Source of the DNA: Malacoraja senta | Taxonomy: Eukaryota | DNA length: 64,000 nt | Reading direction: 5' to 3' | Assembly: GCA_038087875.1 (NCBI GenBank) | Contig: CM075996.1 | Span: forward strand, 560,001 to 624,000 | Made by a program: the position numbers and the translations under genes | Shown: piece by piece, positions 1 to 19,026 of the stretch | How the letters are laid out: the number at the start of each line of letters is the position of its first letter | Numbering within the stretch: position 1 is the stretch's first letter | The notes under the pieces: generated by a model | The model's input: the letters and a program-made list of their open reading frames with translations, nothing else | Database searches by the model: none | Told to the model about the DNA's origin: nothing

Positions 1-2503
1 CAAATAAATCGCTGAAAGTTGCATCCATGATGGGGATGACAGCGGCTTTGTGATCAAGTTACAAGTAATCTAGAAGTCTGTACAAACAATCCAAAGGTCA
101 GACGTTAGTTTAGAGATACAGCACAGAAATAGACCCTTCGGCTCACCAGGTCCACGCCAGCCATCGATCACCCATTCACACTAGTTCTATGTTATCCCTC
201 TTTCTCATCCACTCCCTACACACTAAGGCAATTTACAGAGGCTGATTAACCTATAAACCTGCACGTCCTTGGGATGTGGGAGGAAACCGGAGCACCCGGA
301 AAAACCCCATTCGGTCACAGGGAGAACGTGCAAACTCCACAGAGATAGCCCCCAAGGTCAAGATCTCCTGAGAAGCCGGGTCTCTGGCACTGTGAGGCAT
401 CAGCTCTACCAGCTGCGCCACTATGCAGCCCTAATCTCCAGGTGTTCCGGTTTCCTCCCACACGCCAAAGACGTACAGGCTTGTAGGTTGACACAGAATA
501 CTGTAGTAACTCAGCGGGACAGGCAGCATCTCTGGAGAGGAATGGGTGACGTTTCGAGTCAAGACCCTTCTTCAGTCTGAGAGATGCTGTCTGTCCCGCT
601 GAGTTACTCCAGTATTTTGTGCCTACCTTTGATTTAAACCAGCATCAGCAGTTCTTTCCTAGACAGCTTTGTAGGTTAATTTGCTGTGATAAGTTGCAAA
701 ATTGTCCTTAGTGTGTGCAAGTCAGTTGGTCTATAGGGGGATCGGTGCAGACTCGGTGGGCCGAAGAGCCTGTTTCCACGCTGTTTCTCTAAAGTCTAAA
801 AGTTCTGGCAACATCCTCGTAAACCTTCCCTGCACTCTTTCCAGCATCAATTTGCCTTCAGCCAGTTTGTCTCTTGCCTGACTCAGCCTTGTTTATGACA
901 GATGCACTTTGCTTTTTGACTGAACACAAAATCAGCCTCCTTGTAATTGCACCGTGTTCGTGCTTTGCTTTAAAGCTTTTCTCAGCAAACAGGGGAGGAC
1001 AACAGCTGCTCCAAGCAGGTTGCCACCCTCCACTCAGCATCTTTTTTGAGACAACTAACTGCATGCATCTTCAGCACAGGGGGAGCAATGAGGCTATCTC
1101 CCGAAACATCTTCATCGTCCAAGTTATCAAATTCTTGCAATTTCTCAATTCAACAAATGACAGGTCCGGAACGCTTGAGTCCCTCCCTCCAAAAGCGAAA
1201 ACTGCAAATCTTGGAAATCTGAAATGAAAATAGAAAACGTTGTACTCGGCTGGTCAGGCAGCTTCTGTGGAGGGAACATTTCACAGATGCTGTCCGACCT
1301 GCTGAGTGTTTTCAATATTTTCTGTTTTTCATTTTAAATCTTTATCTGCTTTCACCTTGAAACCTCCTTCCTGACTGCAGGTACTATCACAACTTTAAAG
1401 AAACATTTAGGCATGTACATGTTTAAGAAGGAACTGCAGATGCTGGAAAATCGAAGGTAGACAAAAATGCTGGAGAAACTCAGCGGGTGAGGCAGCATCT
1501 ATGGAGCGAAGGAAATAGGCAATGTTTTGGGTCGAGACCTTTCTTCAGACTGGATAGGATAGATAGACTGGTACACGGACAGGATAGGTTTAGAGGGATA
1601 TGGGCCAAACGCAGGCACGTGGGACTAACGTAAATGGGACATGTTGGTCGGCCTGGGCAAATTGGGCCAAAGGGCCTGTTTCCACGCTGTATTTCTACAA
1701 CCAAGCTATTAGGACATGCATTAGGACAACCATTGGTGTCAAATTTCTTTCCATATTCCTACCTTCCATCAAGCCTTGTTCACACATTGGGCCAATACTT
1801 GTAATGCCCACATTGCAAATTACTAGACTGGAAACCAATCTTTTTTTTACAAAATCCCTCCTCTTTCAACTTTGCAGTGCTCTGAGGTATCCTCACATCT
1901 CCACCTTTGTCATTTTGCAAATCCCCAATTTTTAATGCTCTGCCATTGTTAGTCTTCAGCCTAAATTCTGGAATACTCACCCTAAAACTCTACTTTTTTT
2001 CTTAAGACACTCCTGAATATATAGAATATGGAACGGTACAGTTCGGAAACAGGCCCTAAAACCCACAATGTCTGTGCCGAACACGAGTTAAACCAGTCTC
2101 CTTTGCTTGCAAGTGATGTATATCTCTCCATTTCCTGCCCATAAAAAAGCCTATTAAATGCCACAAACAAATCTCCCTCCACCACCACCCCAGCATGCTT
2201 TCCGGGAACCCACCATCCTCCGTTTAAAAAACGTCCAATATCTTGACACAAACCTCCGCTCATTTATCTCTAAAGAGATTTTCAAAGAGAAATTCTTTGA
2301 GGAGTTCGACATTTTAAAGGCTTTATATAATGTAATTTATTTTTAGGATGCCAACTTTTAAAAATATATATTCTCATGATCAGCCTCAATTGTCAAGACC
2401 TGTTAAATAAGAATTTGCTGCCTTATTTATTTACAAGGCCCAAAATGCATCAACTGAGAGAACGGGAATATAGTTTTGACGTAGAGGGTTGTTGGGCACA
2501 TTG

Positions 2504-2808
2504 GGCGGCACAGTGGTGCAGCAGCGGTGGAGTTGCTGCCTTACAGCGCCAGAGACCCGGGTTCGATAGTGACTATGAGTGCTGTCTGTACGGAGTTTGT
2601 GCATTCTCCCTGTGACCGCATGGATTTTCTCTGGGTCCTTCGGTTTCCTCACACACTAAAAAGACATACAGGTTTGTAGGTTAATTGGCTTCGGTAAAAT
2701 TGCAAATTGTCCCTAATATGTAGATAGTGCTAGTGTACGAGGATGGCTGGTCGGCGCAGACTCGGTGGGCCAAAGGACATGTTTCTGCTCTGTATCTCTA
2801 AAGTCTAA
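2504..2808 (+). mobile_element. HE1/V-SINE-like tRNA-derived SINE (representative)
   Basis: tRNA head gtggtgcagcagcggtggag...gggttcgat, V-domain tttcctc..cac..aaagac, CR1-like tail gggccaaagg...tgtatctctaaa. Other copies near 107-424, 3155-3437, 23365-23915, 25510-25805, 26540-26858, 28801-29100, 30335-30636, 33950-34246, 35527-35855, 38653-38963, 43224-43480, 61414-61710. Confidence 0.85.
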
Positions 2809-2915
2809 AGATCAGTCTGGATGGAATTGAATGGTAAAGCAAGCTTGAAGTTCTTCAAATAAACATCACCTCTGGAGTTTTTTCCAATGCTAAAAAAACA
2901 GATTAATAGACCTAC

Positions 2916-2995
2916 CAAGGTATAATTTTTCAGAAAATGAGCACTTTCACTACGGAATACTTGCACCAAAGCACTTTTCCCAACAGTGGAGTCGC
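2916..2995 (-). CDS. IFT27: IFT27 (RABL4) coding exon 2
   Basis: Reads (G)DSTVGKSALVQVFRSESAHFLKNYTL, a Rab-like P-loop matching human IFT27 [27 protein letters not shown]. Flanked by tttag acceptor and gtagg donor; 80 nt, phase-compatible with exon 1. Later exons not found in the window. Confidence 0.93.
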
Positions 2996-4816
2996 CTAAA
3001 GGAGAGAGTTGAACAATGATGTTAAAAAGACATACAATACACACAATTTAGTGGAATATGGTTAAATAAAAAATACTGGGGGAAACACAGCAGGATAGGC
3101 AGCATCAGTGGAAAGAAAAACCTTATGTTAACAGTGCATAATTCTTCATCACAGACGGTACGGTGGCGCAGTTGCTGCCAGGGACCCGGGTTCGATCCTG
3201 ACTACGGGTGCTTGCCTATACGGAGTTTGTACGTTCTCCCCGTGACCTACATGGGGTTTTTCCGAGATCTTGGGTTTCCTCCCAAACGCCAAAGATGTAG
3301 TTTGTTGGTTAATTGGTATAAATGAAAAAATTGTTCCTAGTATATGTACGATAGTGTTAATATGTGGAGATCGCTGGTCGGCGCAGACCCGGTGGGCCAA
3401 AGGGCCTGTTTCCATGCTATATAACTAAACTAAACTAAAAATCAGAAACTTTGGCAAAGGATTCTAGATCTGAAAAATTAACTATTGATCTTTCCACAGA
3501 TGCTGCCGGACGTAATGTTTCCAACATTCTTGATTTATATTTCGGATTTCCAGCATGTGTATTTTTTTCTGTATACTGAAATATGGTAGAATATGACTGT
3601 ACCAGTAATCCAGAAGTTGCTATTAATAATCCAATTTAAATCTCAGTAAACTAGACTTTCCTCTCAGCAGTTCACCACTTGATTCGTCTGCGCACTTCAT
3701 GGCGAACTTAATTTTTGTAGACCTTTGTCCCGCTTGTCCTAACATTGACAGTTTGATTGATTGAAAGATACAACATGAAAACAGGCCTTTCGGTCCACTG
3801 AGTCCACACACACTATCAATCACCCGTTCAGACTAAATGTAGAAACAAAGAACTGCAGGTGCCGATTTATACCAAAGAGAGACACAAGGTGCTGGAATAA
3901 CTCAACGGGTCAGGCAGCATCTCTAGTGGAAAAGGATGAGTGACCTTTCGGGTTGGGACCCTTCTTCAGTCCCGACCCGAAACATCACCCATCCTTTTTC
4001 ACCAGAGATGCTGCCTGACCCGCCGAGTTACTCCAGCACTTTGTGTCTACCTGTTCACTAGTTCTACGTTATCTTACTTTCACTCCATTTCTTACACACA
4101 CACAATGAGCAATTTACAGAAGCCAACTCATCTACAAACCGGCACGCCTTTTGGACGTGGGAGAAAATTGGAGCATCCAGTAAAAAGTCACAGGAAGAAC
4201 GTGCAAACTCCACACAGACATCTCCCCAGGTCAGGTTTCTGATGCAGTGAGGCAGTGCCTCTACTAAATGGAGAGGTATGAAAAGGTTCAGAACAAATCA
4301 GAGCCTATTTAAATACAATTCTGTTTCTTAGGAGGCACAGGGAAGGTTCCTATTGTACTGAGGTCAACAGGTCCTCTCTGCAATCATCATTAAAGGAAAA
4401 ATAAAATACACAAAGTGATGGAGGAACTCAGTGGGTCAGGCAGCATCTCTGGAGACCAGGACCTGACTGATGAAGGGAGGAAGAAAGCTGGATGAGAGGT
4501 GGAAGAAAACCAAACCTAGATAGTATTTGGTTGATACAGGTGTGGGGAAGGAAAGAAGGGTTCCGACCCAAAAATCATATATCTCCATTAAACTTTGTCC
4601 CCCTCTCACATTATAGCTATACCCTCTAGTGTCCCGCTGAGTTACTCCAACATTTTGTTGATTTATGAATTATGATTTCAGGAGATCCCGGTCAGCAGTG
4701 AGAGGCTTGGACATGTCTTGGCGAGGCAGCAGGCGCTACACAAACGCAGCTTCACTCAGTCTGAAGAAGGGTCTCGACCCGAAATGTCCCCCATTCCTTC
4801 TCTCCAGAGATGCTGC

Positions 4817-4870
4817 GGGGTGGAAGATTGCAACCTTCACGTGGTCCGCCCTGTTTCGACAAATGCAATC
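4817..4870 (+). ncRNA. Minimal HDV-like self-cleaving ribozyme (predicted)
   Basis: P1 GGGGUGG/CCGCCCU with G1-U wobble; J1/2 AA; P2 GAUUGCA/UGCAAUC; P3 ACC/GGU; L3 UUCACGU; P1.1 G; P4 U-UUCG-A; J4/2 CAAA. Confidence 0.8.
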
Positions 4871-4964
4871 AACCTGCCGTGCACAATCGAATAAGATCAA
4901 ATAGAACAAGTTGTCCTACAACTTTAGGCTGTGCACGCCATACGCAAGAAGAAGAAGAAGAAGA
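4817..4964 (+). mobile_element. Short non-autonomous retroelement with 5' HDV-like ribozyme and (GAA)n tail, copy 1
   Basis: Flanked by 11-bp TSD agagatgctgc (4806-4816 and 4965-4975); ends in (gaa)n; the first 54 nt fold as an HDV-like double pseudoknot. Confidence 0.85.
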
Positions 4965-5014
4965 AGAGATGCTGCCTGTCCCACTGAGTTACTCCAGATT
5001 TGTGTGTCTATCTT

Positions 5015-5068
5015 GGGGTGGAAGATTGCAACCTTCACGTGGTCTGCCCTGTTTCGACTAATGCAATC
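5015..5068 (+). ncRNA. Minimal HDV-like self-cleaving ribozyme (predicted)
   Basis: Same fold as copy 1; P1 3' strand CUGCCCU (G-C changed to G-U); J4/2 CUAA. Confidence 0.8.
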
Positions 5069-5148
5069 AACTCGACGTGCACAAACGGAAGATCAAATAG
5101 AACAAGTTGTCCAACAACTTTAGCTGTGCACGCCACACGAAAGAAGAA
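5015..5148 (+). mobile_element. Short non-autonomous retroelement with 5' HDV-like ribozyme and (GAA)n tail, copy 2
   Basis: Flanked by a different 11-bp TSD gtgtctatctt (5004-5014 and 5149-5159); same body as copy 1 with several substitutions. Confidence 0.85.
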
Positions 5149-5348
5149 GTGTCTATCTTCATCATCAATGGACCACAGTGGGCTCCACTTTTCTTTGATC
5201 GGTGCCAGCTCTGATTTGTTCTGAACCTTTTCATACCTCTCCAGAGATGCTGCCTGACCCGCTGAGTTACTCCAGCACTTTGTGTCTATCTTCGGTTGAA
5301 ACCAGCATCTGCAGTTACCTTCCTGCACATTCCGTTCACTCAACTTAC

Positions 5349-5382
5349 CGGCCAGGAGGCATTTGGCGCGCAGTTTCACCAT
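5349..5382 (-). CDS. IFT27: IFT27 coding exon 1
   Basis: ATG GTG AAA CTG CGC GCC AAA TGC CTC CTG GCC G|gtaagt = MVKLRAKCLLA(G), cf. human MVKLAAKCILAG. Confidence 0.93.
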
Positions 5383-5389
5383 GCCTGCC

Positions 5390-5700
5390 ACTGGTAGCGG
5401 ATTCCCGGCTCGCTAGCCGGTTATCTTGATCAACGCAAACCCAACATTGAAAAATTATGATCGCAATTTATCAATAAGCTGCTCTTCCAAACCTCCCCAG
5501 CTCCGCTTCAGGCCTCCAATGCGGCCTTGGTTACCGCTCCCCCGGCAACCGCCGAACCCGCCCCTTCTCCAGATATCCCGCCCACAATCCTCCTTCTCAT
5601 TGGTCACCACCCGTGTCGCTCATATTCCCCGCCGTTTAATTGGCTTATAGCCTGTCATTCAAACTATTCGCACCGCCCCTACTTCCTCTGGTCCTGGAGA
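5390..5700 (-). promoter_or_regulatory. IFT27 CpG-rich promoter
   Basis: CpG-rich unique sequence directly upstream of exon 1 with GC boxes (cccgccc), two CCAAT boxes (attgg near 5599 and 5639), an ETS-like acttcc and an X-box-like gctcccccggcaac (5536-5549). Confidence 0.65.
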
Positions 5701-6048
5701 AGAACCCTGCAAATGCCTGTGGTGGCAATATTTACATTTCACAAAGAACTATTAATGCTTGTGAACTTCCATTTTACATTCAAGATAGCTTTATTATTTA
5801 GCAATCAACCTCTTGGGTCAGGGAAACAACACAGGCACATCTTAACATCTTATCTGCAGTTCCTTGTATCCACATCTAAACTTGGTCTCCAGTGTAGGAA
5901 GCAAAGATGCTAGAGGCTCCTCTAGTATCTTTGGTAGGAAGGAACTGCAGATGCTGGTTTACACCAAAGATAGACACAACATGCTGGAGTAACTCAGCGG
6001 GACAGGCAGCACCTCTGGATAGAAGGAATAGGTGAATAGGAATAGAAG

Positions 6049-6663
6049 ATCATCCACACATTTATCTCCTCCCGCCTAGATTACTACAACTCCCTTTACA
6101 CTGGCATCAACCAATCTTCCCTGTCCCGCCTGCAACTGGTCCAAAACGCCGCAGCAAGACTCCTGACGGGCACCCAAAAAAGGGACCACATCACCCCAAT
6201 CCTGGCCTCTCTCCACTGGCTCCCTGTGCGGTTCGTATACATTTCAAGATCCTCCTGTCTACAAAGCCCTCAATGGGCTTGCCCCCACCTACATTAAAAG
6301 TCTTCTCACCCACCACTCCACCTCCAGGTCCCTCAGATCGGCCGACTTGGGGTTGCTGAATATCCCGCGGTCTAGGCATAAGCTCAGGGGCGACCGCGTC
6401 TTTGCGGTTGCAGCTCCTAGACTGTGGAACAGCATCCCCCTTCCCATCAGAACTTCCCCCTCCATCGACTCCTTTAAATCAAGACTAAAAATGTATCTAT
6501 ACTCCCAAGCCTTTCTTGACGTCCTCTGAACGAGGGCTATATGTATGTATATATGTATGTAGTTTGTTTGTTTATACTACTCTTATAACAAATGTAAAGC
6601 ACTTTGGCCAACGAGTTGTTTTTTAAATGTGCTATATAAATAAATGTGACGACTTGACTTGAC
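6049..6663 (+). mobile_element. L2 LINE 3' fragment
   Basis: Translates to IHTFISSRLDY...LQLVQNAAARLLTG...DHITPILASLHWLPV, the L2 ORF2 C-terminus; tail tgtaaagcacttt...gctatataaataaa followed by (gactt)n. Confidence 0.85.
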
Positions 6664-6861
6664 ATGGATAGGAAAAGTTTTGTGGGATATGGGCAGGTAC
6701 GACTAGCGTAGCCATGGTCAGCATGGGCAAGCTTGGCTACTCTCTTCAATACGCCTGTCAGTCCCATTCCCAAATATTTGCAGTAAACCTGCAAATTATT
6801 TTGCCTTGTCCCTAGTTTTTCTTTTAAAGTACAGATTTCCACCTTCCTTAGCCTGATACCT

Positions 6862-7420
6862 ACAAATGTTTCCACTAGTGGTAGAGTCTAGGACTAGAAG
6901 ACATAGCCACAGAATTAAAGGTCATTATTTTAGGAAGATGAGGAGAAATTTCTTTAGTCGGGCGAATCAGAGGAATTCTTTGCCACAGAAGGCTGTGGAG
7001 GCCAAGTCAGTGAATATTTTTAAGGCAGAGAAAGATTCTTAATTAGTAAGGGTGTCAGGGTTCATTGGGAGAAGGTAGAATGGGGTTTGGAGGTGGGAGA
7101 TAGATCAGCCATGATCGAATGGTGGAGTAGACTTGATGGGCCGAATGGCCTAATTCTCAGGCTATGACTTCTAGACCTACTCTCCCACTAGTGGAAACAT
7201 CCTCTCCACATCCACTCTCTCCAAACCTTACACTATTCTGCATGTTTCAATGAGGTCCCCTCATTCCTCTAAACTCCAGCGACTACAGGCCCAGTGCCGA
7301 CAAGCGCTCATCATAAGTTAACCTACTCATTCCTGGGATCGTTCTTGTAAACATCCTCCGTGACCCTTTCCAGAGCCAGCATATCCTTCCTCAGATATGG
7401 TGCCCAAAATTGCGCACAAT
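6862..7420. mobile_element. CR1/HER1-like LINE fragments in both orientations
   Basis: Typical CR1 3' sequence (gagtctaggactaga..., gggccgaatggcctaattct) followed by an inverted CR1 ORF2 piece (CAQFWAPYLRKDMLALERV). Confidence 0.75.
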
Positions 7421-9593
7421 GCCTAAAATTGCTTAAAAGAGCAAGGCGTAGAAGAATATGGAAATAATGCAGATAGGCATTATGGTTTGCACAGTGGGCC
7501 AATAGACCACAGTAGGAACATTTTCTTTGCAGTGCCGAAATATGGCGACTGTGCATTTGTGGGTTGTGCAAAGAACTTTAGTGTGTATACGTGACAATAA
7601 AGAACCATTGAAAGGACCTCTATCTCTGCTATATAACTGACTAAAACATATTAGTGTCAATAATTTGCAATTCTTAATACCCACCCCCACCAAACAATGA
7701 TAGCATCAATAGTACCAAATGTTTTACCCATGACATCTATTTTGCCAATTATGTTAATTCTGGATATTTAAGCAGATTTTTTTAAAGTGACAATTTGCAT
7801 GCGACATCTTGAAGAGATCCAGTCAAACTTTCAAATGTTCAATCCGAGTTTGATAATCAGAAAAACACTCTTGACTCATAAACTCACATCAATGTAGTTC
7901 AGCAGAAGATACTGGGAATCTCTTAAAAATTCAATCACTCCAACCTAAATATTTGCAGCCCTACATTCAAGTTTCCAGTCTTGTACAGCCCTTTGCCTCC
8001 ACCACTAATTACAATTCCATATCGTGGCTCCAAACTCAAATTCAATCCAGAAATGTTACCATTACATTTTCCACTTTTGAGTTTTCATTCATTCCATCTC
8101 ATTGTCTGATAAGAGCCAGCAATAAAAGCAGAATACCCAAAGCACATTGCAATTCAAACAGCATCCACGATGAAAGTTAATTTCAGATCAAGGACTTTAT
8201 GGGACAGAGATTGGTGGTGGTAGATTGACAATGTATATATGTTGTGGTTATCACAGGTACTGACCTCACCATCAAAGGAGTCTACAAGAGTTGCTGCCTC
8301 ATAAAGGCAGCCAGCACCAGAGACCCACACCACCCTGGCCACTCTCATTTTACTAGTGCCATTGTGAAGTAATGGTGAATTAAAATGTAACGTCCAAGAG
8401 TAGCTTCTTCCCTCCAACCATCAGGCTATTAAACACTACAACCTCCAAATAGGCTCCAAACTATATAGACTTGGGGGCATTATTGTTGACTTTGCACTAT
8501 TAGTTTATTTATTCGAGTTTGCTTTTTTATAGATATCCTGAACTTTTTTTATTGTTGCTTATTATGGCATTTGCAGAGTACTAAGTTTACATACATGTGT
8601 GGCTGCCAGTAGGAATTTCATTTTTCAGTTTTGGGACTGATGACAAAACATTTTTGGCCTACAATGGGATGCTCAGTTATAGACTGATATATAATGGGGA
8701 CTATTCTAAAATAGTTTTGTTTTACATTTGGAAACCCTGGTTAAGGGGGGAAAGTAGCAATGGGATGTGGACATGGATTTCCGTGATTCATTCAAATGAC
8801 CTGTGTATTGAAGATCAGAAGTGGTAGAGAGAAAATTATGTTTGTCACAAAGAGGGGTTGACTGGATAACAGTAATGTTACTGGATAAGTTGTCACAATT
8901 ACTTTAAAACCAGTAGTTCGAGATAGAAGAGCAAAACAATTTTAAAGTTACAGCCACATCTGTAGAGAGGTTGCCCAAAGCTGTGGGCTGCAACATGCCT
9001 ACGAGAAAAATGCGCTAGTACAAATTTATATTTGGGTATTACTGGAGCGATGTAGGAGACTAAAGAGCCAAGGATTGTGGGATGGGCAATTAACGAGTCA
9101 ACTAGGGTCACTCTTGCAGGCTAATGAAGATTTGCCGCACTCGATCTGTACATGATTTTGCAATGTAGAATCCTAGCATCAGCAGTGCTTTGCCACAAGA
9201 ACTGAAACTATGGCCATGTGTTGAAATTGAAAGTAATCTTTAGACTTTTAATCCTAAAATGCAACAAAGACAGTGGTATACCAGCACCAACATAAGAAAG
9301 CTTAAGCAATACACTGCTGTTATGGTACAAAGCTTGATATGGTTATCCCTATGGCTAAATCCAATTACGTTGAAAAACCAGATGGCAAGAGCAGCAGGGG
9401 AAAATATGACACCATGCCAAGCCAAGAACGGGGACAGCTGTAATTATCCCAAAAGGAATACTGTGAACCTTTGGAAACTCACAGTAAGGGAAATGAAAAG
9501 GTTATAGCAGGCAACAATCAGGTCAGAAGCAAACTTTTGAACATAAATGGACCAAATATTCTTAAAGATGTAAATTGCTTTTTGAAAGCAGTA

Positions 9594-9599
9594 TTTATT
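9594..9599 (-). terminator. RPL3 polyadenylation signal AATAAA
   Basis: tttatt on the plus strand, 55 nt downstream of the RPL3 stop codon. Confidence 0.75.
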
Positions 9600-9654
9600 G
9601 AAGAATACAATCACAGCAGGATCAAAGTTACAATTGACAAAATTGGCCCATGGT

Positions 9655-17069
<7,415 letters not shown>

Positions 17070-17084
17070 CTTGCACTCGGGCCT

Positions 17085-17150
17085 GAGAAAGAGAGGAGGC
17101 TTTGGCCCCGCGTTCGCCCTTTTATACCGCGGTGGCAACGTCACTTCCAG
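17085..17150 (-). promoter_or_regulatory. RPL3 core promoter: 5'TOP/TCT initiator, TATA box, ETS-CRE
   Basis: Minus strand reads GGAAGTGACGT (17138-17148), TATAAAA (17120-17126), CCTCCTCTCTTTCTC (17085-17099). A YY1-like cgccatttt lies in intron 1 at 16888-16896. Confidence 0.88.
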
Positions 17151-17203
17151 GAACCAAGTCCAGTGCTGCCATCAATCAAAGATCAACACATACAACTAAA
17201 CTT

Positions 17204-18655
17204 GTTTTGTATTGTATTGTATATTGTATTGTATATCTTTAATGTCATTTCCTGAGTATTCACGTACCCAGAGGAAACAAAAAAACGTTCCTCAACCAGT
17301 GTCCATTTCAGTGTGCAGTAAAAAATAAATAGAAGTAAAAATACATATATCATGAACAAATTAACACTCTACTCTCTACTAAACATCAACAGGCGTTCCG
17401 ATCGGCAGCGGCACGACAGTGGCTCTGCTGCCGTGTGTCCAGGTTGGTGGTTGGTACACGATACTTTGGCAGGGGGGAAAGTCCATTTATCAGTCTTATA
17501 ACCTGCGGGAAGAAGCTGAGGAGCATCCTGCTGGTTTTGCACCTAAAGGCTCTGTCTTACCTGTTTGCGGTCATCGGCGGTGAAGCGCGGCGTCGCCGGT
17601 AGCGAGGACCGCGCGGCAACGGCGAGAGCATCGAGCCTATCCACCGGAGCGCCGCACGGATGTTGCGCGGGGGCCGAGTTAATTCAAACACGGCGGGTCC
17701 CACGTGCTTGCGGTAAGTAAAAAAAGGGCGGGCCGACTGCGATGACGTCAGCCCGCCGCACGTGACTCACCAGCGGCGGCTGTGGCGGCGGCCATCCTGA
17801 TCGCGGCGCTGTAGCGGTGGCTGTGACTGCGGCCGCGCAGCACACGTGCCTCACTGGCGGCGGCACGTGCCTCACTGGCGGAGGCTGTGGCAGAGGAGGT
17901 TTGACGCACGGTGCTCGACCCACACTGGCGGCGGCCCGTGCGAGCGGCCGTGCCGCACTTGTGCATCACTGGTGGAGGTTGTGCGGTGAGTATAGTGTTT
18001 TCGACATTGTCGATTTTATTTTAGCACCGCGCGGTGTTGGGAACACCGTCGCACGGCCCCGGGAATTGTACTTTCTCACGAGTGCGCGGTCTATGGCGGC
18101 AGATTCTTCCCGTTTCGCCGCCAATGACCGCAGATTCGTGAGACAGGCCTTTAATGCTCCTGTACCTCTTCCCAGATGGCAGGATGGAGAATATGTGATG
18201 TAATGGGTGGTAGGGGTCTTTGATGATGGAGATGGCTCTGCTGATACATCTCTTCCTGTATATGTCCAGCAGGAAAGGGAGTGGAGCACCAATAATCCTG
18301 CTGGCGGTCTTCACAATCCTGTCTAGTTGGTGCCGTTCGTACGCCTTGCAGCTCCCGAACCAGGAAGTGATGCCATAGGTTAATGTGCTCTCGATTGTCC
18401 CCCTATAAAAAGTTCGTAGGTGTGTAGTGGGGAGACCTGCTTTACGTAGTCTTCGGAGAGGGTGTAGTCACTGCTGGGCTCTCTTGACCAGTGCTGTGGT
18501 GTTGGTCGTGGACGTCAGGTCATGTGACAGGTGGAGTCCTAGGAACTTCACGCTGTTGACCCTTTCCACATCAGCTCCATCGATGTGCAGAGGTGTATGG
18601 TGTTGTTTTCCCACCCTCCTGAAGTCAACCACCATCTCCTTAGTCTTTCCCACGT
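17204..18655 (-). mobile_element. Rex1/Babar-type LINE 3' fragment interrupted by a MITE
   Basis: KTKEMVVDFRR...VERVNSVKFLGLHLSHDLT...KRAQQ and KDPYHPLHHIFSILPSGKRY motifs; (tattg)n tail near 17204-17232. Confidence 0.8.
17547..18151. mobile_element. GC-rich PIF/Harbinger-like non-autonomous DNA transposon
   Basis: Imperfect ~40-bp TIRs (aggctctgtcttac...tgcggtcatcggcgg and ccgccaatgaccgca...gtgagacaggcct) and TAA target duplication within the Rex1 host. Confidence 0.7.
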
Positions 18656-19026
18656 TGTTTTCTTCTTTTCAACTTGTTTTCTTCTTTTCAATGCATTTTA
18701 TTATATTATTTTTCTCATTGGGTTTCTTGGTTAAACATTTAGCTTGTGTGTTTGTTAACATGTAGATAGCTTATTATTGAATATGAAGTTAGTTATTGTC
18801 CTATAGCATTGGTCAAGTCAATTTTATTTCTATAGCACATTTAAAAACAACTCTCGTTGACCAAAGTGCTTTACATTAGTGCAGGTACTAGCTTGCTACA
18901 AACTGTGGTACAGTAGTTTATGGTTTAGTTTGGCATTGGACTTGGGTTGTTCTTGGTTGCGCACCGATCCTGTCTTAGCACGTACTTTGTGTTTTACCAG
19001 TAATTTATACTTTCACCTTTATTTAT

